Shown here piece by piece: positions 1 to 9,091 of a stretch of 64,000 nucleotides of DNA; position 1 is the stretch's first letter; each line of letters starts with the position of its first letter. The notes below the pieces were generated by a model. It ran no database searches. It saw only the letters and a list, made by a program, of their open reading frames with translations, and was not told where the DNA came from. This DNA comes from a virus. The stretch covers positions 32,571 to 96,570 of IMG/VR virus record IMGVR_UViG_3300034072_001395. One strand, written 5' to 3'. A program made the translations under genes and the position numbers.

Positions 1-927
1 GCACCGGCGCCCCTGCCGCCCGAGGTCGCCCCCTGGAACGGCGAGCTGCCGGGCCTGGACAACGTGCTCTCCGTCGCCCCCGAGAACGTGCGCGACGCGC
101 TGCGCAAGGGCATCGCGTCCGTGCGCTCGAACATGGACCGCGCGCTCAGCGAGCGGATGCAGAAGATCGCCGAGGAGCGGCGCGAGGCCGCCCAGCAGCG
201 CCAGCTCGCCGAGACGGAGTACCGGGCCGCCAAGGACGCCGCGCGCAAGTGGGCGATGGCCGTCGACAACGGCGACGTGCAGAGCGTTCTTGAGGCGCTC
301 CAGGCCGACGCCGAAGGGCAGATCGCCGAGTTCCGCTCGCGCGCCGAGGTCGCCGAGGCCCAGGCCGAGGCCCTGGAGGCCCGCCAGCGGTCCATCGTCG
401 CCAGCGTGACCGAGGCCCTCCGCAGCGAGTACGACGCCAAGTACGCGCCCATCCTCGCCGAGCGGGACGCCGAGCGTGCCGAGCTGGAGGCCGCCCGGAA
501 GCGCCAGCGGGAGGCCGAGGCGGCCCAGGAGGCCCTGTGGGCCCAGCAGATCGCCGAGGAGCAGGCCGCCCTCGCCAAGCGGATCGTGGCTGCCGCCGAC
601 GCCAAGGGCGCCGCCGTGCCTGCCCACATGCAGAAGTTCGATGGCCTGGCCCCGCTGTTCAACGCCATCGTGCAGACGCTCCAGGCCGAGAGCGGGATCA
701 CGGTCACCGACGACACCCCCGACGAGATCACGAAGCCGCTGATCGAGAAGGCCGAGCAGCGTGTGGCCGCCGCGATCGCGGCCCTCCACCCGAAGCCCGC
801 CACGGCCGCGAGCCCGAACACCGTGTCGGCGCCGCCCGTCGGTGAGGCCGTGGCGACGCAGGGGCGGTCGGGCACCAGCGTCCCGACCACCCCGCAGACC
901 CCGAAGAAGCAGATCCGCCTCTACTGA
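1..927 (+). CDS. 5'-truncated coiled-coil protein, possible capsid scaffolding protein
   Basis: Frame open from base 1 (APAPLPPEVAPWNGELPG...); long Ala/Glu/Arg coiled coil and short basic C-terminus (PKKQIRLY). Confidence 0.45.
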   Translation, partial: APAPLPPEVAPWNGELPGLDNVLSVAPENVRDALRKGIASVRSNMDRALSERMQKIAEERREAAQQRQLAETEYRAAKDAARKWAMAVDNGDVQSVLEALQADAEGQIAEFRSRAEVAEAQAEALEARQRSIVASVTEALRSEYDAKYAPILAERDAERAELEAARKRQREAEAAQEALWAQQIAEEQAALAKRIVAAADAKGAAVPAHMQKFDGLAPLFNAIVQTLQAESGITVTDDTPDEITKPLIEKAEQRVAAAIAALHPKPATAASPNTVSAPPVGEAVATQGRSGTSVPTTPQTPKKQIRLY

Positions 928-1880
928 GGCGGGCGCGAGTTGGAGAGCATGGCGATCAGCGCCTCGTAGGAGAGGGCGCCACCCTCGACGAGGGGCGCGA
1001 GCCGGGCGGCCGCAGCCTCGCGCTTGGCGGCGGCGCGGGCCATCTCCTTCGAGGTGCGCACGTCCTCCTCGTAGACGGAGATCGCGGCGTACTCCCCGGG
1101 GCACGTCGGCGACGTGAAGATCGGGGTCGTGTCGAAGTCGCCGAGGAAGTGGACGGCGTACTCAACCCCGTCGTCGGGGAAGTACGCGCCGATCTTCGTC
1201 GGAGCCGACGTGTCGCCGGTGGTGAAGGGCGGGACGGCCGCGTCCTTCGGGGTGACGACGGCCAGGAACACCATCGGGAGCCCCGCGAGCGGGTTGTCGC
1301 CGCGGCCACGGTTCGGCGGGCGCTCGTCCCGCAGGGCGTGGGCCGTGAGGCTGTAGGCGCCGTACTGCGAGTAGTGCTCGTTGAGCGCCGACATCACGGC
1401 GGGCGAGAAGGGGACCTCGTGGGCCAGCGGCGCACCCTGCCACACGGGGACCTGGCCCACGCTGGAGGCCACCGGCACCTCGATGTCGAAGGTGTCGGCC
1501 TCCTCGACGGGTGCGGGGGGCTGCATGGGCGCCGGAGCGGGCGCCGGGGGCGGCGCGGGGGGCGCCTTCGGGCGCACGGGGAGCGGCGGAGGGGCCGGGA
1601 CGGGCGCCTGGACGGGGCGCGCGGGCGGCAGGACGGCCTCGGGGGCGCCATCGAGGGCGTGAGCGAGCAGCGCGGCGCGGGATCGCTGGAACTTGCCCGG
1701 CAGGATGGTCTCCCGGCCCGGCGGCGGCTCCTTGGTGGCGCCGAACTGGAACAGGATCTCCCCGATCAGCCAGTCCTCGACGTACTCGCGCGGCGGAGGA
1801 GGCGCCCAGGGCGCCATCCGGCCCATCTCGGCGTGCATGGCGGACACGATCGTGTCGAACATCGGCTTTCCGCGGCTCAT
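921..1880 (-). CDS. hypothetical protein with Pro-rich linker
   Basis: ATG at 1880 with AGGAGG RBS; overlaps stop of upstream gene. Confidence 0.7.
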   Translation of the reverse strand: MSRGKPMFDTIVSAMHAEMGRMAPWAPPPPREYVEDWLIGEILFQFGATKEPPPGRETILPGKFQRSRAALLAHALDGAPEAVLPPARPVQAPVPAPPPLPVRPKAPPAPPPAPAPAPMQPPAPVEEADTFDIEVPVASSVGQVPVWQGAPLAHEVPFSPAVMSALNEHYSQYGAYSLTAHALRDERPPNRGRGDNPLAGLPMVFLAVVTPKDAAVPPFTTGDTSAPTKIGAYFPDDGVEYAVHFLGDFDTTPIFTSPTCPGEYAAISVYEEDVRTSKEMARAAAKREAAAARLAPLVEGGALSYEALIAMLSNSRPPQ

Positions 1881-2092
1881 GGAGCCTCCTTGTCGGGCAT
1901 CAGCTCGAAGCGGACGCCGTCGAACGCCTCTGGCGGGCGGGTGAAGTAGTGGTGGCGCACGATGTCTTGGTAGACAGCGAGCAAAGGGAACTTCTGGCGG
2001 TCGTCTGCGACCTCGTTGGCGATCGCCACGATGACGTAGTACCCGCCGGTGCGCTTGTGGCGCCACACCTGGCCGACTTTGACGCTCACCAC
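1877..2092 (-). CDS. DUF1653-like small protein
   Basis: GQVWRHKRTGGYYVIVAIA...AVYQ...FTRP..F resembles DUF1653 (YRHYKG..Y.V...A...VVY...W.RP...F). Confidence 0.65.
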   Translation of the reverse strand: MVSVKVGQVWRHKRTGGYYVIVAIANEVADDRQKFPLLAVYQDIVRHHYFTRPPEAFDGVRFELMPDKEAP

Positions 2093-2421
2093 AGCCCTCC
2101 TGGCTCCAGATCGGCGTATCCAGGCAGCGTCGTGGGGTCAACTGGCGTGCGATCGACGCCAGAAGCCTCCCGATCGCCGCAGAAGGCGTGCTGATCGTAC
2201 CACGCGCCGAGCTTCACGACCCTCCAGGCCCACAGAACAGGCCCGCGAGAGCGGAAACCGCCTCCTCCGTCGAAGCCGCCGTTGGCCTGGCGCACGAAAC
2301 CGACCGCTTCTTGCCACGATCCGTGGCGGAAGTGGGCGTATTCGGCTCCGCAGACGCACTTACGGGCGTCGACGTGCGCCCCTGGAGGCTCCGGCGGCCT
2401 GATCTTGACGTTGACGGGCAT
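2086..2421 (-). CDS. hypothetical protein (CxC, His/Cys)
   Basis: Coupled ORF within minus-strand operon. Confidence 0.6.
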   Translation of the reverse strand: MPVNVKIRPPEPPGAHVDARKCVCGAEYAHFRHGSWQEAVGFVRQANGGFDGGGGFRSRGPVLWAWRVVKLGAWYDQHAFCGDREASGVDRTPVDPTTLPGYADLEPGGLW

Positions 2422-2431
2422 GGATCACCCG

Positions 2432-2773
2432 TCAATCGGGGTAGACGTAGGGCTTGTAGTCCGCGCGACGGCTCCGCGGGTCGGGCGATCCGGTCCGCGC
2501 GTGCTCCGCCATCGCCCGCCACCACGCCATCTTCTCGATGTCGCCCTCTGGATCGCCCTTCCGGCCGCCTCGGACGGCGTACTTGAGGGCGTGCGTGTCG
2601 CAGGCGTGCGCGAACAGCTTGTCCGCGACCACCCGGATGTGCCCGTCGGGCGTGCCGGGAGGACAGAGAGCCTCCTTGGCGGTGACGAAGGCCATGTCGC
2701 GCATCATGTCGACGGCCTCGCGGGCGCCGACGAGGTAGCGCGCGGGCGCCTTGGTGTTGCCGTTGTCGCTCAT
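2432..2773 (-). CDS. DUF3310 family protein (T7 gp1.7-like nucleotide kinase family)
   Basis: PARYLVGAREAVDMM...HALKYAVRGGRKGDPEGDIEKMAWW matches P.HY..G..E.ID...N..KY..R.G.K....D..KA.WY pattern. Confidence 0.75.
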   Translation of the reverse strand: MSDNGNTKAPARYLVGAREAVDMMRDMAFVTAKEALCPPGTPDGHIRVVADKLFAHACDTHALKYAVRGGRKGDPEGDIEKMAWWRAMAEHARTGSPDPRSRRADYKPYVYPD

Positions 2774-2919
2774 GCGCGCCACGCGAAGGCCGCGAAGGCC
2801 AGGAAGGGCAGGCCCGCCAGCGAGAGCATCGGGTTGTGCCCCTGGCTGTGGAGGGCCAGGGTGTTCCCGAGGACGATGGCGGCGCCGACGATGAGCGTGG
2901 GCCAGGGTGCGCGCAGCAT
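2770..2919 (-). CDS. 49-aa membrane protein (not in ORF track)
   Basis: MLRAPWPTLIVGAAIVLGNTLALHSQGHNPMLSLAGLPFLAFAAFAWRA; GAGGAG RBS; ATGA overlap with next gene. Confidence 0.65.
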   Translation of the reverse strand: MLRAPWPTLIVGAAIVLGNTLALHSQGHNPMLSLAGLPFLAFAAFAWRA

Positions 2920-2930
2920 GTTGGGGCTCC

Positions 2931-3326
2931 TCAGTTGTAGTCGCTGGCGTCGGCGGCGTCTCCGCCGGCGTCAGGAGCCCCGTACTCCGCTTCCAGCTCC
3001 AGCGCAAGGCCCTGCATGCGCAGCCGAGCGATCCCAGCGTCGCCGCCCGCCTCGGCGAAGCACGCCTGATAGGCGATCTCCGCGAGCGTGCGGGCGGTCC
3101 CGAATGTCATCGGGCCCTTGTCACGGGCCGTCCGCTTGATGTAGTCGGCCAGCACGTCGCTGTCGTCGAGCAGGGTGGCGCTGGGCGCACTGAACACAGC
3201 GAACACCAGCACCTCCTCGTCGCCGTCGAACCGCTCGCGCCCGATGGGCAGCGCGCAGTCGGCCATCTCGACGGGCACGGGCCCGTCCTTGCGAGTGGCG
3301 CGCTGAAGTCGGACGCGATCGGCCAT
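2931..3326 (-). CDS. hypothetical protein
   Basis: GGGAG RBS; fits operon. Confidence 0.65.
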   Translation of the reverse strand: MADRVRLQRATRKDGPVPVEMADCALPIGRERFDGDEEVLVFAVFSAPSATLLDDSDVLADYIKRTARDKGPMTFGTARTLAEIAYQACFAEAGGDAGIARLRMQGLALELEAEYGAPDAGGDAADASDYN

Positions 3327-3335
3327 GACGGCTCC

Positions 3336-3767
3336 CTACTGCGCGTTGACGCCGAGGACACCGCGCGCCTTGCGCTCGGTCCCCCGGCTGCGGATGATGT
3401 CCAGGGCGTCGCGGATGTGCGCCAGCGCGCGGGCGTTGCTCTCGTGCGCGAAGGGGCCGGCCTGGAACGCCTCCAGGCGGTCGACCAGCACGGCGGCCAG
3501 GGCGGCGTCGACGCAGCCGGTGAGCTTGCCGTCGGGGCCGCGGGGGCCGTGCTGGAAGTCCACGGCCGCGACGATCTTGCCGCCGACGTTGACCTCGTAG
3601 TGGTGCGAGGCGCCGCCCGCGGCGGGGTCGCGCTCATCGCAGGTGATCACGAGGTCGGCGGCGCCGAAGGGGTCGATGTGTGCGAGGACCTTGCGCGGGA
3701 GCGGGTAGGGCAGGGAGCCCGTGAAGCCGGGGCAGGATGGGTTCAGGTCGATGATCTCGTCAGACAC
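3336..3767 (-). CDS. tad1: Tad1-like anti-defence sponge protein (Thoeris/CBASS signal sequestration)
   Basis: GGASHHY...FQHGPR...G.VD..L....DRLEAFQAGPFAHESNARALAHI..AL....R..ER.ARGVLG aligns by eye with Tad1 as recalled (GGAYHEY...FQKG.R...GVID.DLL.IVRDRL.SFQAGPF.SRENA.AL.HVEEAL....RR...R..R.VLG). Confidence 0.8.
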   Translation of the reverse strand: MSDEIIDLNPSCPGFTGSLPYPLPRKVLAHIDPFGAADLVITCDERDPAAGGASHHYEVNVGGKIVAAVDFQHGPRGPDGKLTGCVDAALAAVLVDRLEAFQAGPFAHESNARALAHIRDALDIIRSRGTERKARGVLGVNAQ

Positions 3768-3993
3768 CGGACACCTCGGTGGACGCGGGGGCGTCCTCGG
3801 TCTCGGAGGGCGGCAGCTCGATGATCTCGGGCGCGGCCTCGACGGGCTCGCCGACCTCGGCCTCGACCTCGACGACGGGCGGGGCCTCCTCGACGGTCAG
3901 GATGATGGCGCCGTCGGTGAGCTTGAACACCAGCAGGCCGAGCAGGGTGAGAAGCAGGGCGAAGATGCCGTGCTTGCGGTTCAGAGACGACAT
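3760..3993 (-). CDS. small membrane-anchored protein with acidic tail
   Basis: N-terminal hydrophobic segment GIFALLLTLLGLLVF followed by Glu/Pro-rich tail. Confidence 0.6.
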   Translation of the reverse strand: MSSLNRKHGIFALLLTLLGLLVFKLTDGAIILTVEEAPPVVEVEAEVGEPVEAAPEIIELPPSETEDAPASTEVSGV

Positions 3994-3998
3994 GACGG

Positions 3999-4223
3999 TC
4001 AGACCCCCGGGTGGGTGAGCAGGTAGAGCATGAAGTTGAAGGCGACGAAGAAGGCTCCGCCGTCGCGGTCGAAGAACTCGGTCAGGATGCGCCAGTACGT
4101 CTTGGCGTCGAGCGTCCAGGGCGGGAACTCCTGGCGGACGCGGATGAGCGTCAGAGCGCCCACGATCAGGTAGACGCAGCACATCAGGAAGTTCAGCAGC
4201 CAGAGGACCACGGGCGGCTCCAT
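3999..4223 (-). CDS. small two-TM membrane protein
   Basis: MEPPVVLWLLNFLMCCVYLIVGALTLI... with a second hydrophobic segment near the C-terminus. Confidence 0.55.
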   Translation of the reverse strand: MEPPVVLWLLNFLMCCVYLIVGALTLIRVRQEFPPWTLDAKTYWRILTEFFDRDGGAFFVAFNFMLYLLTHPGV

Positions 4224-4258
4224 TGTCCTGCCGAGCGTAGCCCGGCGAGGCGCACCTG

Positions 4259-7200
4259 TCAACTCGACCGGATGGCGTCGTCGGGGGCGTCCTTCCGGGC
4301 GACGTACATGCCGTCCGCGTCGTCGCCAGTTGCGGCGGCCCGGCGCTCGCGGTAGTCGTCGTCCTCGACGATCCGCTCCTGCCAGCGGCGGGAGAGCGCG
4401 TCCACCAGCTCCAGGCGGTCGGTGTCGACGTGGTAGACGCGCACGATCGCGCCGTCCAGGCCGCGGGACCGACGGGACTTCAACCGGAGGCCGACGCTGC
4501 GGAGCACCTGGGCGAGATACTGCGCGTGCGAGAGCGTCGGGCCCTCGGGGATCCCGAGCGCGGCCTGCTCGCGCCGGGTGGCCGAGAGGATCTCGGCGAG
4601 CCACTCGAAGGGGATCGCGCGACCATCGAGCAAGTTGCGGCGGGCCAGCTCACGCATCGTGAAGGCCGCGAGGCGAGCCGCGGGCAAGACCGTGCGGTAC
4701 GTCATCGCCGTCTCACCGCGGGAGCGGTTGACCTCGTAGCGGGCCACGGCGTCCCGCTTGCCCGTGCGCAGGAGCGACTGCTGCGCGTAGGCGAGCACCT
4801 GCTTCGGCAGCTTCCCGCGCAGAGCCTCGGAGCAGATGTCGACCTTCTGCTCGAAGTCCGCGGAGGACAGCGCGCCGCCGAACATGTGCAGGTAGCGGGT
4901 GGCCGTGTGCCGGATCTGCTCGTCGCGGGACCGGGGGCCCGACCGGGCGATCCGCGTCATGTCCGCTTCGGGGAGCGGCTCGGCCTCGGCGATCTTCGTG
5001 GCGCGCTCCAAGTGGATCGCCTTGGCGATCTCGCGCACGGCCTCGGCGGCGCCGCTGTCGAGCACGTCCTCGACGTACTCCTCGAAGTTGTGCGTCTCCC
5101 GCAGCTTCGGGAGCGTCCAGCCGCGGCCCGAGAGGTAGCTGGCGGCGATGGAGGCCGCCTGCGCCGAGCCGAGGCGCTGGAGGTTGAGGTCCTGGCGGTA
5201 CTCGGAGAGCAGGTAGGCCGTGGACTTGGCCTCGACGCCGAGCGCCCGGCGGGCCGTCTCCACGTCGCGGAGGAAGTGCTGCTCGATGGCCGTCGGCGAG
5301 AAGCGCCAGGAGTCGGCCGCGGGCGGCTTGCGGCTGGTGCCCGAGATGAACACCCGCGGGTCGTTGGGATGGCGGACGCGGTGGAGCATCTGCTCGACGA
5401 CCGACGCGCTGCCGATGAAGTCGCGCCCGACGAGGACGTGGCGGTGGTCGTACCAGCCCACCCGGTCGAACGAGACGCCGGTGGACATCGCCGTGTTGTA
5501 GACCAGAACGTCGTGGGAGAGCGCGTCCTGGGAGAAGTCCTCGGGGTCCGCCTCGCCGTCGCTGCCGACGATCACGCGCACCGTGCGGCCGGTGCCGGCG
5601 ACCCGCCCCTCCAGCAACTTGCCGATGGCCTGCGCCATCTTGCGCTCGTAGCAGGCGATCGCCACCCGCTTGCCGGCCTCGACCTGCGACACGATCAGCT
5701 CGATGTGCTTGTCGGAGGACGACGGACCCTCGCCGGGCGCGCCATCGTACACCTCGTCCTCCTCGTCGGACGGCGGGGTGCCCAGGTGGACGAAGGGCCA
5801 GCAGTGGCCGATGGTCGTCATCTCGACGAAGTTGCAAGCGCCCTGCGCGAGCGCCGACCGGGCGTGCTCGATGTCGCGGATCAGGTTGAGGGTGCCGAGG
5901 CTCGCGTGCGCGTCGGCCAGGATGATCCGCGAGGCCAGGGAGCAGCAGTAGACCAGCCGGGAGTACGTCTGCTGGGCGTCCTTCGACTTCAACATCGAGT
6001 AGATCTGCGTGAGCATCTGCTCGATCTCGTCGATGAGGATCACGCTGCCGTCGGGCTTCCACTTCTCCGTGACGTTCCGCAGGGCGGCGAAGGACGAGGA
6101 CGTGTCCGCGTCGGCCACCTTGCTCCCCGAGCCAGCGGCCGCGTGGACCAGGTCGAGCCGGGCGGCGAGGTTCTTGGCGAGGGAGACGAAGGGGCTGATC
6201 GCCAGGACGCGCCGACGCTCGGCCCGCGCCTGCTTGACGGCGGCCTCCATCAAGTGCGTCTTGCCGCTGCCGGTGCGGGCCGTCAGGAGCACGAAGTCGG
6301 GCAGGTTCTCGGGGAACTGCGCGTAGCCGCGCTCGTCGAGGGGCAGCTCGACGGACGCGCGCAGGATGCCCTCGCAGTCCTGCATGGACAGCGCGTGGCG
6401 GGGCATCGCCGTGGGCACGATCTCGGACGGCAGCGCGTCGACCGTCGAGGCCACACGCGCGGACAACCGCGGCGACGTGCCCTGCTTGAACCGGGCGTAG
6501 TCGTAGCGGAACACCGTATGGCACTTCCAGCAGGTGAAGTCATCCTTGTCCTCGACGGCCCGCAGCGAGGTGTTGCTGCCGCACGACGGGCAGCCCGTCC
6601 GGTCCTCGGGACGCTCGGCGCGCGGCCAGACCGCGAAGGTCCACGGCACCTTCTCTCGCTCGGCGCGCGGCTTCAGCGTGCGGCCCTCCTTCTTGGCCTT
6701 GCGCTGCTCGGCGCGCAGCGCACGCAGCTCGTCGCGCGACATGCGCGAAGGGGCCGGGAGCCAGTCGCTCTCGTGCTTGATGCGGTCGAACCAGGGGTCG
6801 AACGAGGGCGTGTCGTTGTGGAACAGGTCCGGCCGGTACAGCCGGGCGGTCTTGTCCGAGGCGCGGTGGCCGCCGCCAGGGACCGGGAAGATGCGGGTGC
6901 CGATGTCCTTGGCGCTGGCGTCCCACCACCAGAGCGACTCGCCCTTGAAGTTGTGCCACGCCTTGATCACGTCCTTCATACGGGAAGGCGACCAGGGGGA
7001 CGAGGGGTAGCCCTCGCCATCGGGCATCCAGTAGATCAGGCAGAGGCCGTGGCCGGTGTAGATGATCCGGTTGGGACGGCCGAGTCCCGCCTCGCCGGTG
7101 GCTTCGAGGACGTGCTCGACGAACTGCACGCCGTCCATCCAGGCCAGCACGGCGTCCTCGGACATCGCGTAGAGAGCGGCCTTCCGGGCGCTGCGGTCCT

Positions 7201-7426
7201 CGCCGAGCGAGACAGCCAGCGGGCTATCGCAGATGTCAACGTCGATGGTGAGCGCCGCGACCTTCGCCAGGTCGCAGGCCCGCATCTTGTTGCCGTCGGC
7301 GTCCTTGCGGAAGAAGCCGCCGGCGGTGAACCACTGAGCCCGGATGTCGCCGGCGCGCTTGACGGAGCGTGCCCGGAGTTCCATGCCCGCCGGAGGGCGC
7401 GGGAGGTAGTCGGCCTGGATCGCCAT
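4259..7426 (-). CDS. primase (AEP/RepB-like) - Zn ribbon - UL9/origin-binding-protein-like SF2 helicase fusion
   Basis: N-term LTIDVD, YTGHG and D.....RIFPVPG primase motifs; CPSC...CWKC; helicase motifs ARTGSGKT, ISPFVSL, LIDEIEQ, ILADAH, YNTAMSTGVSFD, QMLHRVR. Confidence 0.8.
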   Translation of the reverse strand: MAIQADYLPRPPAGMELRARSVKRAGDIRAQWFTAGGFFRKDADGNKMRACDLAKVAALTIDVDICDSPLAVSLGEDRSARKAALYAMSEDAVLAWMDGVQFVEHVLEATGEAGLGRPNRIIYTGHGLCLIYWMPDGEGYPSSPWSPSRMKDVIKAWHNFKGESLWWWDASAKDIGTRIFPVPGGGHRASDKTARLYRPDLFHNDTPSFDPWFDRIKHESDWLPAPSRMSRDELRALRAEQRKAKKEGRTLKPRAEREKVPWTFAVWPRAERPEDRTGCPSCGSNTSLRAVEDKDDFTCWKCHTVFRYDYARFKQGTSPRLSARVASTVDALPSEIVPTAMPRHALSMQDCEGILRASVELPLDERGYAQFPENLPDFVLLTARTGSGKTHLMEAAVKQARAERRRVLAISPFVSLAKNLAARLDLVHAAAGSGSKVADADTSSSFAALRNVTEKWKPDGSVILIDEIEQMLTQIYSMLKSKDAQQTYSRLVYCCSLASRIILADAHASLGTLNLIRDIEHARSALAQGACNFVEMTTIGHCWPFVHLGTPPSDEEDEVYDGAPGEGPSSSDKHIELIVSQVEAGKRVAIACYERKMAQAIGKLLEGRVAGTGRTVRVIVGSDGEADPEDFSQDALSHDVLVYNTAMSTGVSFDRVGWYDHRHVLVGRDFIGSASVVEQMLHRVRHPNDPRVFISGTSRKPPAADSWRFSPTAIEQHFLRDVETARRALGVEAKSTAYLLSEYRQDLNLQRLGSAQAASIAASYLSGRGWTLPKLRETHNFEEYVEDVLDSGAAEAVREIAKAIHLERATKIAEAEPLPEADMTRIARSGPRSRDEQIRHTATRYLHMFGGALSSADFEQKVDICSEALRGKLPKQVLAYAQQSLLRTGKRDAVARYEVNRSRGETAMTYRTVLPAARLAAFTMRELARRNLLDGRAIPFEWLAEILSATRREQAALGIPEGPTLSHAQYLAQVLRSVGLRLKSRRSRGLDGAIVRVYHVDTDRLELVDALSRRWQERIVEDDDYRERRAAATGDDADGMYVARKDAPDDAIRSS

Positions 7427-7534
7427 GCGGTGTCCTCGAAGGTGCCGGCCGCGTAGCGCGTGCATCGGCGGCACGCCAGCCACTTAGCACGGCGGAGCGC
7501 AACGCGCACTTGACGGTGTGTGGGCGCCTCGGCC

Positions 7535-7722
7535 ACGATCGCGTATCGGTCAACGATCTCACCACTGGCGGGCTGATCCACGCTGCACACGGCGCGGCAT
7601 TAGATCCCTTCTGGCTTGCCGCCGCTTGGTGCGATCGTCGATGGACACGGCGTTCTCGGCGTGTTACAGCATACGCGCCTACGGCGCCCGTAGGTCCGTC
7701 GGGTTCTACTGATCTCACCACT
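7535..7722 (+). repeat. dispersed GATC-rich intergenic element, locus 1
   Basis: Exact 24-mer GTATCGGTCAACGATCTCACCACT at 7543-7566, inverted variant at ~7627-7657, partial copy at 7711-7722; whole block aligns with reverse complement of 58542-58706. Confidence 0.95.
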
Positions 7723-7733
7723 GGAGGCATCGC

Positions 7734-8153
7734 ATGACGCCCTTTATCACGCACGTCCTCGCGTCCCCGGACGGCTACCGCACCCGCGGCCTGCTCCTCC
7801 GCGCGTCGCCGAAGCGCGTCAGCGACCTGGCGCGGCACATCCGCCTGCTGGCCGGCGTCCCGCCGGAGGGTCTGACCGAGTCGCCGCCGACGGGCTCGCT
7901 GATCAACGGGGGCTTCCTGCACACCGAAGATCCGCACCACCTGACGCCTGGTGGTGTGATGCTCCTCCACTACCGCAAGTACGGCTTCCTGGCCGACCAT
8001 GCGGTGCGTGCCCTGGCCCTGCACGTCCGCGGCGTGGAGTTCGACGCCGAGCTGGCCGAGGACGCCATCCAGGCGATCCGCGACAACTTCACGCCGGCGA
8101 GCGATGCGATCGTCGACCTGTCGGGCGTTGAGGATGTGATTGTCGAAGTGTGA
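7734..8153 (+). CDS. hypothetical protein
   Basis: GGAGG RBS; first gene right of divergent region. Confidence 0.7.
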   Translation: MTPFITHVLASPDGYRTRGLLLRASPKRVSDLARHIRLLAGVPPEGLTESPPTGSLINGGFLHTEDPHHLTPGGVMLLHYRKYGFLADHAVRALALHVRGVEFDAELAEDAIQAIRDNFTPASDAIVDLSGVEDVIVEV

Positions 8154-8219
8154 CGCGGGAGGGTTGACAGCGGCGGCCGGGCGGGTGACCTGAATGGCAC
8201 CCAGCACCGGAGGCCATTC

Positions 8220-9041
8220 ATGCCGCCCCGCCGCAAGTCCGTCGCACAGATCACGCACTCCCGTCCGCCGCCGACGCCCGAGGAGATCGCTGCCGCCGAG
8301 CAGGGCGAGGCGTTCGCCCGAGCCTTGTTCCCGAAGGCGAAGGAGCGCGGCCTCAACGTCCAGTTCAGCTCGACGCCCGCGGAGCAGACCCGCAACGGCT
8401 ACATGCGCCTGCCCGGCTTCCAGCGCCCGGCCGTGTGGTCGCCCGAGATGGCGCTCGGCTACGTCCGCAGTGTGCTGTGTGAGCGGAAGTTCCCGGGGCT
8501 GTTCATCGCGCGGGCGCGGTACGCGGACGGCGGGCGCGACGTGCTCGACATCCTCGACGGTCAGCAGCGCATCCTGGCGCTCGGCGGCGTGCTCCAGCGG
8601 GGCTCCGTCGCCGACGTGGCCGCCATGCGCGGTGAGCGGATCGTGGGCGCGGCGCCACACCTAAACCTCCTGGCGAGGTCCGCGGACGACGTGCTCGTGG
8701 CCCGGGGCGCTGACGAGCAGCCGCCACCAGTGTTCGGCGACCCGGAGGAGGGCGCGCTGGACTGCTCGCGCATCCCGGTCGCGTGCATGCGACGGGTCGC
8801 GTACTTCACCCACCGGCGTTTCTCGGACTACATCTGCGAGAACACCGGATGCTCCCGCGAGCAGGGCTTCTCCGTTTCCGCCTGGGCCTACGCCGCCTGC
8901 GGCAACATCTACCTGCCGTTCCTGATCGTCTACCAGAGCGCCAGCTTGCAGGATGTCAAGGACATGTTCCGGTCGATCAACACGCCCGGCGTGCAGATCA
9001 CGGAGGCGGAACTGGAGGCGCTGCTCGCCGCCGACGATTGA
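8220..9041 (+). CDS. DUF262 (GmrSD N-terminal / ParB-like fold) domain protein
   Basis: LPGFQRPAVW, ILDGQQR, MFRSINTPG motifs; no HNH domain. Confidence 0.8.
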   Translation: MPPRRKSVAQITHSRPPPTPEEIAAAEQGEAFARALFPKAKERGLNVQFSSTPAEQTRNGYMRLPGFQRPAVWSPEMALGYVRSVLCERKFPGLFIARARYADGGRDVLDILDGQQRILALGGVLQRGSVADVAAMRGERIVGAAPHLNLLARSADDVLVARGADEQPPPVFGDPEEGALDCSRIPVACMRRVAYFTHRRFSDYICENTGCSREQGFSVSAWAYAACGNIYLPFLIVYQSASLQDVKDMFRSINTPGVQITEAELEALLAADD

Positions 9042-9091
9042 CGCTCGCCTTGCGCCAAGTTATGCCCCGTTTGCCCGCAAAGGAGCCCCCA

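Noticed and set aside
4430-7456. Very long antisense ORFs (also 46443-49553, 55151-57850, 50047-52221, 33513-35345, 41822-43792)
   Set aside because: Shadow frames opposite well-supported genes; expected in high-GC DNA and lacking motifs
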